Positions 52,343 to 64,000 of a stretch of DNA of 64,000 nucleotides are shown piece by piece (the first letter of the stretch is position 1; the number at the start of each line of letters is the position of its first letter). The stretch comes from Octopus sinensis. Taxonomy: Eukaryota. Under the pieces are notes generated by a model. The model was not told the DNA's origin and searched no databases. It saw only the letters and a program-made list of their open reading frames with translations. A program made the translations under genes and the position numbers. The DNA is taken from positions 116,684,001 through 116,748,000 of the forward strand of contig NC_043002.1 in the NCBI RefSeq assembly GCF_006345805.1. The letters run 5' to 3'.

Positions 52343-52760
52343 AGTTGGCGAGCTGGCAGAGTCGTTAGTGCGCTGGCCAAAATGCTTAGCAGTATTTCGT
52401 CTGCCGTTACGTTCTGAGTTCAAATTCCGCCGAGGTCGACTTTGCCTTTCATCCTTTCGGGGTCGATAAATTAAGTACCAGTTACGTACTGGGGTCGATA
52501 TAATCGACTTAATCCGTTTGTCTGTCTTTGTTTGTCCCCTCTGTGTTTAGCCCCTTGTGGGTAGTAAAGAAATAGGTATTTCGCCCGTCGCTACGCTCTG
52601 AGTTCAAATTCCGTCGTGGTCAACTTTCATGCTTTCGAGATCGTCTTTACTTTTTATTCTTTTGAGTTCGATAAAATAAGTACCAGCTGAACACTGGGGT
52701 CGAGGTAATCGATTCATTCCCTTACCCAAATATCTTCCCTTGTGGTAAAATTTGAAAACA
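52343..52760 (+). mobile_element. SINE family 1 dimer: near-consensus tail-B unit followed by a diverged headless tail-A unit
   Basis: GTATTTCG at 52392 and 52576 (184 bp apart); junction AAAGAAATAGGTATTTCG. Confidence 0.88.
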
Positions 52761-52774
52761 TTATTATTATTTTA

Positions 52775-53315
52775 TTGTCTTAGCACAGCTTCTAACGCTG
52801 GAGATGTACTATGGTACCATCTGCTTATTACCAGTGAACTAAGGTAACAATCCTTATTTTTCGAGCACCATCCGGAGTGTTCGAGCAGTTCCAAGTAGTG
52901 ATATTTTCTGCAAGTGCTCCACTCTTACTGCAGCCCCTATTTGTTCCCTGTGCTTCACAAGATTTTTACTCACTGTTCCCAGGGCTCCGACAATTATTGG
53001 TACTATTATCACCTTTTTCATCGACCACAACTGCTTAACCTCCCTAGATAACCTCTCATATCTATCGAGTTTTCTTTCTTCCTTATCGCATACCTTCAAC
53101 GACTGGCTCAGGATAATGTTCATATCAATAATCAAAAATGGTGATTTTGTAGTTTTTACAAGTTTTCCAATTTAAATACTGTACTACCCTATCGGGGCGA
53201 TTTTGCATTCGTTTGGTGTCAGTACAGGACATTCCGAGACGAGATGCTCTATTGTTTCATTAAATTTATCGCAGAATCTGCATTTGAAACCATTATTATT
53301 GAGTGAGAGAGCAGT
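52775..53315 (-). mobile_element. 5'-truncated R4/Dong-like LINE (CCHC + REL + 3' UTR, TAA tail)
   Basis: CRFCDKFNETIEHLVSECPVL; DKEERKLDRYERLSREVKQLW..VPIIVGALG..LQKISLLGTARTLRMVLEK*. Confidence 0.85.
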
Positions 53316-53768
53316 GCATGCCATCAAAGTGACACTGAGGTAAAGTATACGAAGCCCAATATACCCATCATGACTACCCGTCTGATAAGGATACACCAAG
53401 CACATGCATCACAACCATATGTGCACGACATGGTGATCTCATATCAAGATAAACAGCACATGGCCTTGCAAGTGGGGCCCAGTTAGAATTTTCTTCTGGT
53501 CGAGTAACCCATCCCGCTCAAAAGGTCCCTGAATAAGGGTTGCTTAAGAATGTTGAACGAAACACCAACGTTTCCAAAGGTGAATTATTCAATCCCCCAT
53601 AATCCCTCTCAACACATGGCTATGATGCTCCCCCACTACTTCTGCTCGTGATCAGAGATGCACATAACGTCAGCCACTAAGGAACATGGTCAACTGGTTA
53701 TGGTCAAACAACTGACAAACAAATCTGTGGTATTGAGCAGAATATTTGCTGTAGCCCATCTTTTATGA
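53315..53768 (-). mobile_element. Non-coding interspersed repeat ending in (AAT)n, probably the long 3' UTR of a TAA-tailed LINE
   Basis: Ends GGCATGCACTGCTCTCTCACTCAATAATAAT; recalled as an abundant octopus repeat; bounded by TAA tracts. Confidence 0.4.
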
Positions 53769-53772
53769 AACT

Positions 53773-53782
53773 ATTGTTATTA

Positions 53783-53852
<70 letters not shown>

Positions 53853-53890
53853 CATTATTATTATTATCATTATTGTTGTTGTTGTTGTTA
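53773..53890. repeat. (TTA)n-(TTG)n microsatellite
   Basis: Directly visible. Confidence 0.95.
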
Positions 53891-53892
53891 TT

Positions 53893-54075
53893 CAGGCGGA
53901 AGCTAGCGAGATGCTTAGCGGCCTTTCGCCCGTCTCCACATTCACAGTTCAAATTCCGTCGAGGTCGACTTTGCCTTTCATCCTTTCGGGGTCGATAAAT
54001 AAGTACCAGTGAAACACTGGGATCGATGTGATTGACTAGTCCCCCCCCCAAATATCAGGCTATGTGCCTATAGTA
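53893..54075 (+). mobile_element. SINE family 1 monomer, tail A
   Basis: GGCGGAAGCTAGC..GTTCAAATTCCGTCGAGGTCGACTTTGCCTTTCATCCTTTCGGGGTCGATAAAT..CAGGCTATGTGCCTATAG(TAT)n. Confidence 0.8.
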
Positions 54076-54429
54076 TTATTATTATTATTGTTGTTGTTGC
54101 TGCTTTTGTTGTTAATATTATTATTCTGTGTCAAGAAATGATCCTTTTTTCCGTTTGAGTACGTGCGCCCTGCTGCGTGGTTAACTATATTCTGTTTTTG
54201 CTCGTGTTCTGTGTTCTTGCATTTTTAGATGATATGTTGCGTGAGCTGCAACATTAATGAAAGAAGATTGTGTAGATGTTGAACTGCTGAATATGATGTG
54301 CTCGCGGAGAAATTGGACTGCGCCGAGCGGGATTAATTTTGAACTATATGCCTTGATATAGATATTTTGATTCGTTCGTTTATCATAATATTTTTTTTTC
54401 ATTTTGAGCCTGTGGAATAGTATTTATAT

Positions 54430-54780
54430 ATAACATCTACTATAGTTTGTTGTGTTTTGTTTGGTATTCTGTTATTATTTTAGTACTGTATTAGTATTTT
54501 GTGCATAATATAGACTGTATCAGTTCTGCTATTTTATTGGGCGGTTATTGTACAGCGTACATATTGTGTTAACTGTGTAATAGCATTATATACCTATTGC
54601 ACAGAATAAATGATGTGGAGGTTATGTTATAATATTGGGTAACGATTGTGCTATTTATGTAGGAAGTGTAATACGCAAGTTGTCCTATTGAACTGAAATG
54701 TTTTGCAAAGAATATGAGATGTTTGTAACAAGGCTATTATTTGCAGTGTTTGTAAAGTTGTGTATAAACTCTGCCATGGC
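54430..54780 (-). mobile_element. Very degenerate Penelope-like remnant
   Basis: Faint FNRTT..HN linker remnant resembling 14900-15400. Confidence 0.25.
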
Positions 54781-54829
54781 TTTTATGTTTTGCTCATGTG
54801 CTGTTTTGTGCAATAATTATTAATGGCAG

Positions 54830-55200
54830 TTTATACATTGATTTTTCTCTTTGCTACTCCTTAAAGTTCGACAATTCCTCACCTTGTTTTCAGGCAACGT
54901 TTTCATCAAATGGGACTGTGATGTCTATGAGAATACACATATCCTTTTCATTCTTTGAGTATGATATAAGAGCAAGTAATTTTATTCTGAATAAAAAGGA
55001 ATGCCTCATAATTATCTTAGCCAGGTTATTGCAATATACTGAGTCTGAAGGATGATTATATTTCTTCCTCTCAGTTATCACGTAGACGTGTCGGCACAAT
55101 GTCGATCATATAAAGTTCTGGGCAACTAGATCTAATCAATTGCTTCTTTGTGATGGTTGCATAGTCTAAAGCTGATAGTAGTCTCGTGTTTCAATGATTA
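54830..55200 (-). mobile_element. Degenerate R4/Dong-like CCHC/REL fragment
   Basis: SSCPEL remnant followed by MCILIDITVPFDENVA. Confidence 0.6.
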
Positions 55201-56964
55201 TTTTTGTAGATTTTGTCTTAGAACAAATCACAGGCAACTAAAATCAGACATTACAGATTTACTATAAATTCAGAGGCTCTTGAGCCATTATTGGGCTTTA
55301 GGCTAACTTACATTCTTTGTGTGTGTGTGTGTGTGTGTGTGTGGTCTTGCAGAATATTGGATACGAAGAGTTTTTTCACTCCATTTTTTGTTGCCCCTTC
55401 ATAGCTAAAAGCAGGTTTTCGTTGCCATATTTATCTATCTTGCAGGCTGTTTCCTTGTATGCAGAAATCAGTTTCTCTTGTGCATTCATAATTTACGCTT
55501 TTTCTTGCTTCCACAAATTTTCTACTCCCACTTTATTTATTTTGTATCCAATATTCATTGGTACAATAGCTTACATTCCTGAGTGTGAATGTGCTATTAA
55601 CGAGGTCAGCTATTTCAGATTCTTACGTAATTTGTTCGTCCCAAGCCTGATGACATAAACGTATACCTACATGCGCTCGCACACACATACATACACACAC
55701 TTACATGTACACACATGCTAGCACACTCATAGACACACACTCGCACAAACACACGCGCACACACACACAGACACACACACATACATACACACACACACAC
55801 GTATATAGCAATCGCCAGCCTGCCATATATAATGGTTTTACCCTGAGTGTCCGTACTGGTCAGTCAAAGTTCGAGATATTTGTCCTAAGTTTCATCTGAC
55901 GAGACTATCCTAGTAGGTGCTTGTTCGTCGTCATGTATGGAGGCACCCAACACGAATCTAAGGCGCTTTAAAGTGAACCTGTTAACCATAAACCACGTCA
56001 CAGTGTACGTAAACGTACACTTTTGCATCATGATTTGCTATTTTGGCTGCAGCGCACTGCAATGTAATATTTCAGTCACCGACTGACGCATACTTACACA
56101 CTCATACGTATCCACCTCTCCACACAAATCACAGAGTTTTCTTGATTTCTGACAGGAAATATTGAGCTCAGTAGTTTATGAAGGATAAGGCGAGACCGCA
56201 ACGGTCTTGCCTTTCTAAGAATATTTAATAGCCTAAGGTTTGTATTGAATGGCTTCGAAACCAGGTTACTGATTCAACTATCCGGAAGCTTACTTTTTCA
56301 ATTATAGGATCACCATATAAATATTCACACAGAGAAACACGCTTGCAAAGAGACACAGATACACGCATATACATACGCATAAACAGCAACAACAGAAATA
56401 CGGCTTATGTAGCGATAAATGTTCAGAATGTGTATTTTTATCCATTTTCTTGAAAAGGAAATATTTTTGATCGATTGGTTTAAAGGTGCGTGCTGCAATA
56501 AATCGATATTAGCAGTACGATGTCGATGGTGATGACATTAATAACAACAACTGCAAAATAATGATGATAACATCCTTGAAAATATGATTTCTATTTCATT
56601 ACACTTCAGTGACATTGAAATAACTTGATTGATAACGAAGAGTTAGGTTAATTCATCTTCACATTAATACTAGAACGATATTTGAACTCTATTTATTTTG
56701 TTAAGGAGTTGAATGTTTTGATTTTCTTAGTTTTGATGTGTGTTGCCCAGCAACATATTTGTTTATAAAGATCAATAGATAGAAGAGATGTCTGTGTAAA
56801 GAATAGCAGACAATATTGAAAATATTCTCTCATCAGATTTCTTGCTGATTTTTAAGATTTGTTTTTGCTTTTTTTTTCTATATTTTTCTTTTTTACTGGG
56901 TCTCATCTTCAGTTGGGTACCATAAATCTTGTATGAAATATTTTCTGATGAAATTACTACTTAC

Positions 56965-56984
56965 GCACATAATCCGGTGTATGG
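56965..56984 (-). other. Candidate 20-nt microexon
   Basis: tttcttttatactctcttggcag|CCATACACCGGATTATGTGC|gtaagt: near-consensus acceptor and donor; open in all three frames. Confidence 0.25.
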
Positions 56985-58016
56985 CTGCCAAGAGAGTATA
57001 AAAGAAATTCACACAATTTTTAATTTAGATTATACAGAACCAGAAATAGTGATGATGGAGGATAGTATTATTTTAATATTCTACGCACCAAATTGATTCA
57101 AGTTTCTAATTGGAAATATTCCCAAATTGCAAGCGACTATGAAATAAATATTTTATCGCAGAATATTTCCAACTGAAATAAATTTCATCCATTTTGATTC
57201 TTTTGACGAAATTCATTCATTTCAAACTTTAGAACTGGAGTAACATTTAGAGCTAGAATCAAATCCCGTTTGTCAAATTCTATAATTCAATAGAATTATA
57301 GAATTTAATAAATTAACGGATTCTTTTCAATATTGGCAACAGACACTCAGTTTTCCTTTGTATTTTTTTATGATCGATTTAACTTCAAGCAATATAGTGA
57401 AGTCCATTGTAGGACAGTTCCAATTTTTTTTCCAAATCTTTAACCAAACCTTTGTAAGAAAAACGCGAACTTAATAACCTTAGTTTCTCCTAGAAATCTC
57501 AAGTTTACCGCAAAAGTAAAATATAACGCTTGAATAACAGATTATTCTAGTATTCTCAGTGGAAATTCTAATATAATTATTAGTTTTACTTTAAGATTTA
57601 AAAAAATAAATCTAATAAATTATGAATTAATAAATTAAATACTATAAAACTTAGTACAAAATTTCATCTAAACATTTTGGAAACCTTAAGATCTTGCGAT
57701 AATCCACCATAAAATGTCAAGCTTAAGTTGCCAGTTTATGAATAGGCTTTGTTACACCTGATATCAGGTCAATATTGTCCAACTTCGTATGCTCACGATT
57801 TGAATAAATGAATAGCTAAAATTTTAAAGTAAACGTCTCTCTAACGTGTCTATAAAATCTTTCAGTTATTTCGAGGACAAGAGGGATCTGAAAGGATTGA
57901 ATTAAGGTTAAAGGAAACAATATAAGATTGAGACGTAGTGAAGAGAGACAAAATATAGGTTATCGAAATGGGTAAAAAAGAAATCTTGACTCATTCCTTC
58001 GTAAAGTTTAATAATA

Positions 58017-58222
58017 AGGCCCTAACCTGGCAGAATTGTTAGCGCGCAGAGCAAAATGCTTAGCGGCAATTCGTCTGCCTTTACGCTTTGGGTTCAAACG
58101 CTACCGGGGCCAACTTTGCAATTTTCATCCAATAAAATAAGTATCAGTTAAGCACCAGGGTTGATATAACCGACTTACTCCTCCCCGAAATTGCTGGTCT
58201 TGTGCCAAAATTTGAAACCAAT
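58017..58222 (+). mobile_element. SINE family 1 monomer, tail A, diverged
   Basis: CTGGCAGAATTGTTAGC..GCTTAGCGG..GGTTCAAAC..CCCCGAAATTGCTGGTCTTGTGCCAAAATTTGAAAC. Confidence 0.75.
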
Positions 58223-59639
58223 ACTTAATAATAACAATAAAATGGGACAGAATTTGTAACAACTAGCAGAAAACCATTGTAATGCTATCTTCGAATGATT
58301 GGATTTTGTCTAAACGAAAAGTATCGTAATTATTCCTTCCCAAATTTTATCACTTATCACGTTGATAAGGACTGAAAGATGACACCATCAATAAACTATA
58401 GTCAGTTTTAAAAGTTTGGCGCATTCTGTGTGAGGATTTTGTATAATATGCATATTGCTAAACCTTACTGGCTATGTTTTATGCCAAATGTTATTACCCT
58501 AGGTTTTGGTAATCTTCTATGTTTGTTTCTTGTATATATATGTTTCTAAATTGGAAAATTCTTCAGTAATCATGAATAATAATGCTAGAAATCTTTTATA
58601 TTTACTCAACGTTTCATCAGCACACTCTCCGACTGGACAAAGAACACAAATAATTCTGTAAAAATCGTGTAACTCAAATAGATATCGGGAATTGAAAGAT
58701 ATCATTAATATGTCAACCAGTAAAAAGAGGACAACAGTACCGATTAATCTTTATTACTGGTAACGATTGCTTGGTCTCTATATTTACTATTAAATAGCGC
58801 AGTTATAATTTGCTATTGCAATGAATAATAATCACAAATGAAATCGGTATACTGACCGGCCAAGTGTAAATATCTTATCAACGGTTATAAACAGTCGAAC
58901 AGCAGTTGACACAAGTCAACTAGCAACGAATTACTCACATTTAGAGGACGAACATTTTGAAAGTTACATAAGTTATAAAATAACAAGAAAAAGAAACATC
59001 CGAAAGGTAGTAAAATAATATCAGACGTTATATTCATCTATTTCACACAGAACGTAACAACATTACTACTAACGAGTACTGTTGGTAAATCCATAATCAA
59101 TTGACGTATCCAAGTGGCATCGCGGAGGAAACGGCAAAATAAAAAAACTTGATCTTTTGATAGCTTTTCTACACAAATGGGGTTTTCAACCTAATATTTA
59201 CATGCTAGTATTTATAACATTATATGTACTCCGAGATTCAATTCCAAAAAGAATTATGAGATATTTTTTCCTGGAATAAATTCATTAGCTTTTTTAAATT
59301 TCATTTCTTCAAATAAATTACTTGAAACCATCTTCATCTGAGAAAAGCGTGTTCCATGTGACGGATGGGTGGACGGACGGAGGGACGAACAGAGCAACAT
59401 GTCCCTTACTGAAATATAGATTAAATTAATATTAACATATTTAATGCAGTGATCATTAAAAATTCAATTACAACTAATTATACGATAATGGAAACAAATT
59501 TTTAGTCAATAATTAATATTATTTTTATAATTCTAGAAAACACTGGAGACAAGTCCAAACATGATTTGGTTTTTATTAGTCTTCATCACAAAAGCATTAG
59601 CTTTACTACAGTATGTACCAACTTAGTGAAGACAGAATT

Positions 59640-59992
59640 CTTTTAGTCTTTTATTCTTTTACTTGTTTTAGTCACTTGACTGCGGTCGTCCTGGAGTACA
59701 GTCTTAAAGGGGTTTTAGTAGAACATAACGACCCCAGGACTTATTTTTAAAGCCTAGGTAGATTACGGGGGACCCAAATACCCAACACCGGTTGTTAAAA
59801 GGTCATAGGGGGGCAAACAGAAACACGCGCGTGTGCGCGTACACGCACACACATACGACGGGCTTCTTTCAGTTTTCGTCTACCAAATCCTCTCACCCGA
59901 GGCTATAGTGGAAGACATTTGTCCAAGGTGCCATGCAGTGGGACTGAACCCAGAACCAAGTGGTTGGAAAGTAAGTTTCTTACCACACAGCC
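59640..59992 (-). mobile_element. SINE family 2 (tRNA head + CORE-like CCTTGGACAAATG..)
   Basis: Reverse complement: GGCTGTGTGGTAAGAAAC..GGTTCAGTCCCACTGCATGGCACCTTGGACAAATGTCTTCCACTATAGCC..GAAAGAAGCCCGTCG..GACTAAAACAAGTAAAAGAATAAAAGA. Confidence 0.8.
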
Positions 59993-60201
59993 GGTGTAAA
60001 GTATTGTACACTGGTTGACATAGAAAATGTATTTCTCTGAATAACTTATCTAACATATGCAAGTTTTCTATGCCAACTTATTTGTGTACTATATTGTCAT
60101 TATGTGTCTTATTCTTGGATATTGGATGCGGTCTTTTGAATACAAACCTTTCTACATTTAGTTTTAAAGTAAAGATTATCCTGTTCGTATCGATCTTGGA
60201 T

Positions 60202-60268
60202 TATCAACGAATTAGTATCAACGAATTAGTCAGTTGACTAATTAGTATCAACGAATTAGTCAGTTGAC
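60202..60268. repeat. Short local duplication with an internal palindrome
   Basis: AATTAGTATCAACGAATTAGTCAGTTGAC repeated at a 30-bp offset; AATTAGTCA-GT-TGACTAATT inverted repeat. Confidence 0.8.
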
Positions 60269-63200
60269 GATGTTCGGAGATGAAAATGACCGGAATATAG
60301 TGTGCATACAAATACTTTAGATATATACTCTAAGGAATGAATTAATAGACTGGAATATTATAATTTAAATGCTGCAATTCACATGATCAAGGAGTCAGTA
60401 GTTTGTTATCGCTATTGTATGAAATAATTGGTGAAAATGCGTAATTTTCGGGACATTGTTACTCAAACAGTAAATTGAATGTAAAGTAAAGTTCACATGG
60501 TTTCTTATTTTGCACGACTGTGATCGTATCATTCGGTGCGGAATGCTATTTCTCAAACTGTTTTGCCAAAAAATTACTATATAACCATGGATGTTTTATA
60601 ATTGTTTACAATTGTATTGTGAGTTATGAAACTTTCACCGTGTACATTGTTCATGTATAAATACATTATGAAGTATTTTGGAGAATTTCAAAATTTTAAA
60701 TGTGCTTTCTGGTGAATAACGTAAATAAGAGCACTTAACCCCTATTTATTTCAACCAATTTAAAATTGTTCAATTTTATTTAATGGCAAAACATTCGTGA
60801 GTAGGAGGAAAGAATGGAAAAAAAGTACGGGATAATTTTATTAGACAACTGGCATATGAACTCAGTTTACATAATTTCTCAATTTTGCTATTATATGAAT
60901 TGGATATCTTTCTTCATATTTCTTCGTGGACTTCAATGTTTTTATTAGAAACATCTTTTACGATTTTCTCATCTTTCCTATTTTATCTTCAATAATAAAG
61001 AGAGCGAGTAGCATAAACAGTAGAGCCATATCCAGTATGCCGTGGTATTTCTTTACGTTCTAAGTTAAGATCTATCTTGTACTGATTTAAAGGAATAACA
61101 ATAAAATAAGTACCAGTTACATACCGAGGCCCTGTCCGAGTGGCACATCATTATTTTCAACAACATAAACTCGCTTCGTTTATGTCTGCTATCGTTTATC
61201 CATACACTCACTTTTCCTTTAGTAATTTCATTTAATTCCCTCTTTCTTATACTACAAATAAAATTAATTGCCTATTTCGACTTTTCGTTTACATCAGTAT
61301 GTTTGTTCCTTCACACTAATTTCGTTAAAAGAGAAAATCCGATATTTGATTCGAGTTGAAATCAAGATGTAATCAGCACAGAGATAATATCACGATTTTA
61401 TTGTTAATTTCCGTCACTGATATTTCCAACGATTATCATAGAATAGGCGAAGAAGGCTTTCAGCTTAGTAGACCGACGAAAGAATTTATGGACCAAAATT
61501 AAATTTCAAGTGTGAATAGATAACTACTCAATGATCAGTAATGTGTCTGGTAAATTTGATTGGATCTTGTCTCTGACTACAGCGCATCTAAATGCTATTT
61601 GTAAGCTATGCATAAAATAAAACCCTGTTTCCAACGCCGGCAGCATTTAAAGCTCACTCTTGATCTAATCATGGTGACCTTGCGTGACTGATTTAGAAAA
61701 TGATGCATCAATTTGAAGATGAAAATAAAGTTGATGTCATGCTGATTTATGAGCGAACCAAACGACGGAGATATGATGGCAAATACTTCAGAGATGCAAT
61801 CAATACAAATGACTTGCCATGTTCTTTATAGGAATAACGAAAATTTAGTTCGGAAAATTTATGAATGCATTATATGTAACAGCTAAATCATTTTCATGGA
61901 TGGTTTCTCTTCTGGAGAACAAAGAAGAGCTAGTAAACGATGCGCTGTTGGTATATCTCACTGGATTTAATTATAGTTCTTTGTAAAATATCATTAATAT
62001 AACTATTATTATTTCTGAGGCAATTTTCATTGCCATTATTCTTGCTGATTTTCAGTTTTTACGAGTAAGCATAAACCATGACCCGTTGCAATAACACAGC
62101 GGTCGAACTGCTAGTTTTTAGAGTGCTTTGTATATTGTTAGCATACTATTATAGAAAAACATGAAAGACACTTGCTAGAACATTACTTCAGATATGATGG
62201 CATCTATATTAGAGAAGAACAATGCACTATGTCACAGAATACAAAATATATCCAATAAGAGTGGGTACCATATCGATTAAAGATGTGTACCAGATACAGA
62301 CAAAATAAAATAGCGTGTAATAGGCTTATTCTATGCGTATTATCAAATTTTGACTATAAAATTGATGAGATGCGTAGTACAATATTTGACACTCTGAGAA
62401 TAATGTTATGAAATACATTTGTAAGCAAATACAATGAATATATGACAACAATAGAAATAGTAAATAAAGTCATTGCGAGGAATTCCATCATGTTTTTCTC
62501 CACAAGTTTTCTTTCATTTCATACTGACACCTTCATATATATTGCTATTTAAATATTCAGAAATTGTGAAATCTTGTGATGAATAAGCTATGCAATAGAA
62601 GTCATGGTAGAAACAAACTATTTTATAACACAAAAGACTATCGAGCAATTATATTCAATGTCTTTGTGAGAATGTGTTATGGATTACGCTCAGAGCCATT
62701 CCCAAAACTTGAGACTATCTCTCAATACAATGAATTATCAACCACGGTTTCATTCAAAGATTTGTGACATGTGTATCACATACTCATATAGTTTTCAGTT
62801 CTGCTTCTTATTCTACTATTTACTATTTAACAAATGACAGCTTCATGAATTCCATTCATTATAGAAGAGATAATATCTTCAGTGTCTTCAACAGCAATAT
62901 TTATATTGTAAGATTTAACAAAACTGCGTTAAAAGAACAATTAGTAACCAAAAAATACTAATCAAGAAATTCTAAGCACATCAGTAGTTATAAAATATGT
63001 TCGTACTAATATAACATTGTGCTACTGCATTATATACTCACATTATATTTATTACAAGTTATTTGATCATCCTTAACTGTTATCACGTTATAGTATCGAC
63101 GCAGTTTCTTGACATGCTAAAAATAGCAACCAAATCTGTCTTAATTTAACCCTCACTGTATTGAAGTAAGAAAGAACACATTGACCCCTTTATCTGAAAG

Positions 63201-63314
63201 AAGACGGGATAATTGCAAATAGATTTTTATGACCATAGATCTACTGAATCAAGGCTAATAGGGAAATATATTAATATAAAAAGAATAAAGAACTGCTATT
63301 ACGATGGTATATAA

Positions 63315-63520
63315 AGAGGCGATCTGACACAATCGTTACCGCGCCGGACAAAATGCTTGGCGGCATTTATTTCGGCTTCACAGTTTGGACTAAAATTCTG
63401 CTGAGGTCGACTTTGTCTTTCATCCTATCATAGTCGATAAAATAAATGCCAATTGTGCACTGGGATCGATGTAATCGACTAGCGTCCTCCTCATAAAATT
63501 ACAAGTCTTATGCTTGTAGT
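63315..63520 (+). mobile_element. SINE family 1 monomer, tail A, diverged
   Basis: GGCGATCTGAC..CGTTACCGCGCCGGACAAAATGCTTGGCGG..GAGGTCGACTTTGTCTTTCATCC..GTCGATAAAAT. Confidence 0.75.
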
Positions 63521-64000
63521 AGAAATGATTATAATGAAATATGTTGATCATTCACCTCATCGCTCGAACCATTTTTACCTGTTTACTTCTGTCTATTGGA
63601 CTTACTTTCCTCTGCGAACCATTATCGCAAAATGTCAAATTTAAAACTCCATACTTCATACGAAGCCCACCAGTTCCACTCATCCTTCTATTACTTCCAA
63701 TATAAAGTATTTTCAAATAGCTATAAACAATCTGACATTTTCCATAGCCAGTAGATGCTCTCTGTTATAACGATTGAAAAATTTACAGTGATATATAGAA
63801 AGCAGTTAGACGATTTATACCGCTTTGATACGCCCAATAAATAGCATAATAATTATTGATTCGGTTGTCGTTTATTGTCACTTATCTTGAAATAAAGAAG
63901 ATAATAGAATACATTTAAGTACTTTAAATTAGATGTTTTTCTTTTTACTTTATGCAAGTTATTGATTTTCAGACATCTAAGGGATGTGAACTGTTCGAAA

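Noticed and set aside
63598-63720. Exon-like open frame YLKILYIGSNRR.. (LRR-like)
   Set aside because: Better explained as a decayed RTE C-terminal remnant; acceptor weak.

Overview
AT-rich eukaryotic genomic DNA. The SINE families, LINE clades and microsatellite load suggest an octopus or other cephalopod genome (inference). No intact host protein-coding gene, rRNA, true tRNA or CRISPR array can be supported. The window is mostly transposon relics: a near full-length RTE LINE (~22.3-25.5 kb, -), a near full-length Tx1/L1-like LINE (~30.5-35.9 kb, +) plus two further Tx1 relics, a near full-length Hero-like RT-REL element (~46.1-49.4 kb, +), six R4/Dong-like fragments, CR1, Penelope, Tc1, a Tigger-type MITE, Helitron/Helentron-type pieces, two tRNA-headed SINE families and many simple repeats. 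All TE ORFs are broken by stops or frameshifts. The most unusual signal is that one SINE forms headless head-to-tail multimers (184-bp period) at three separate loci. All five junctions are identical (AAAGAAATAGGTATTTCG) and fall at the loop of a stem-loop in the tRNA-derived head, which suggests self-targeted insertion or a circular-RNA intermediate. Other notable points: a ~1-kb CAG-based minisatellite with a 54-bp higher-order period inside a Tx1 ORF1, a canonical TATA+Inr promoter downstream of the Hero ORF, an RTE resembling decapod RTEs (recalled, unverified), and isolated exon-like or recursive-splice-like sites of a possible long-intron gene. Boundaries of degenerate elements are approximate (tens of bp). 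Family assignments come from motif recognition, not database searches.
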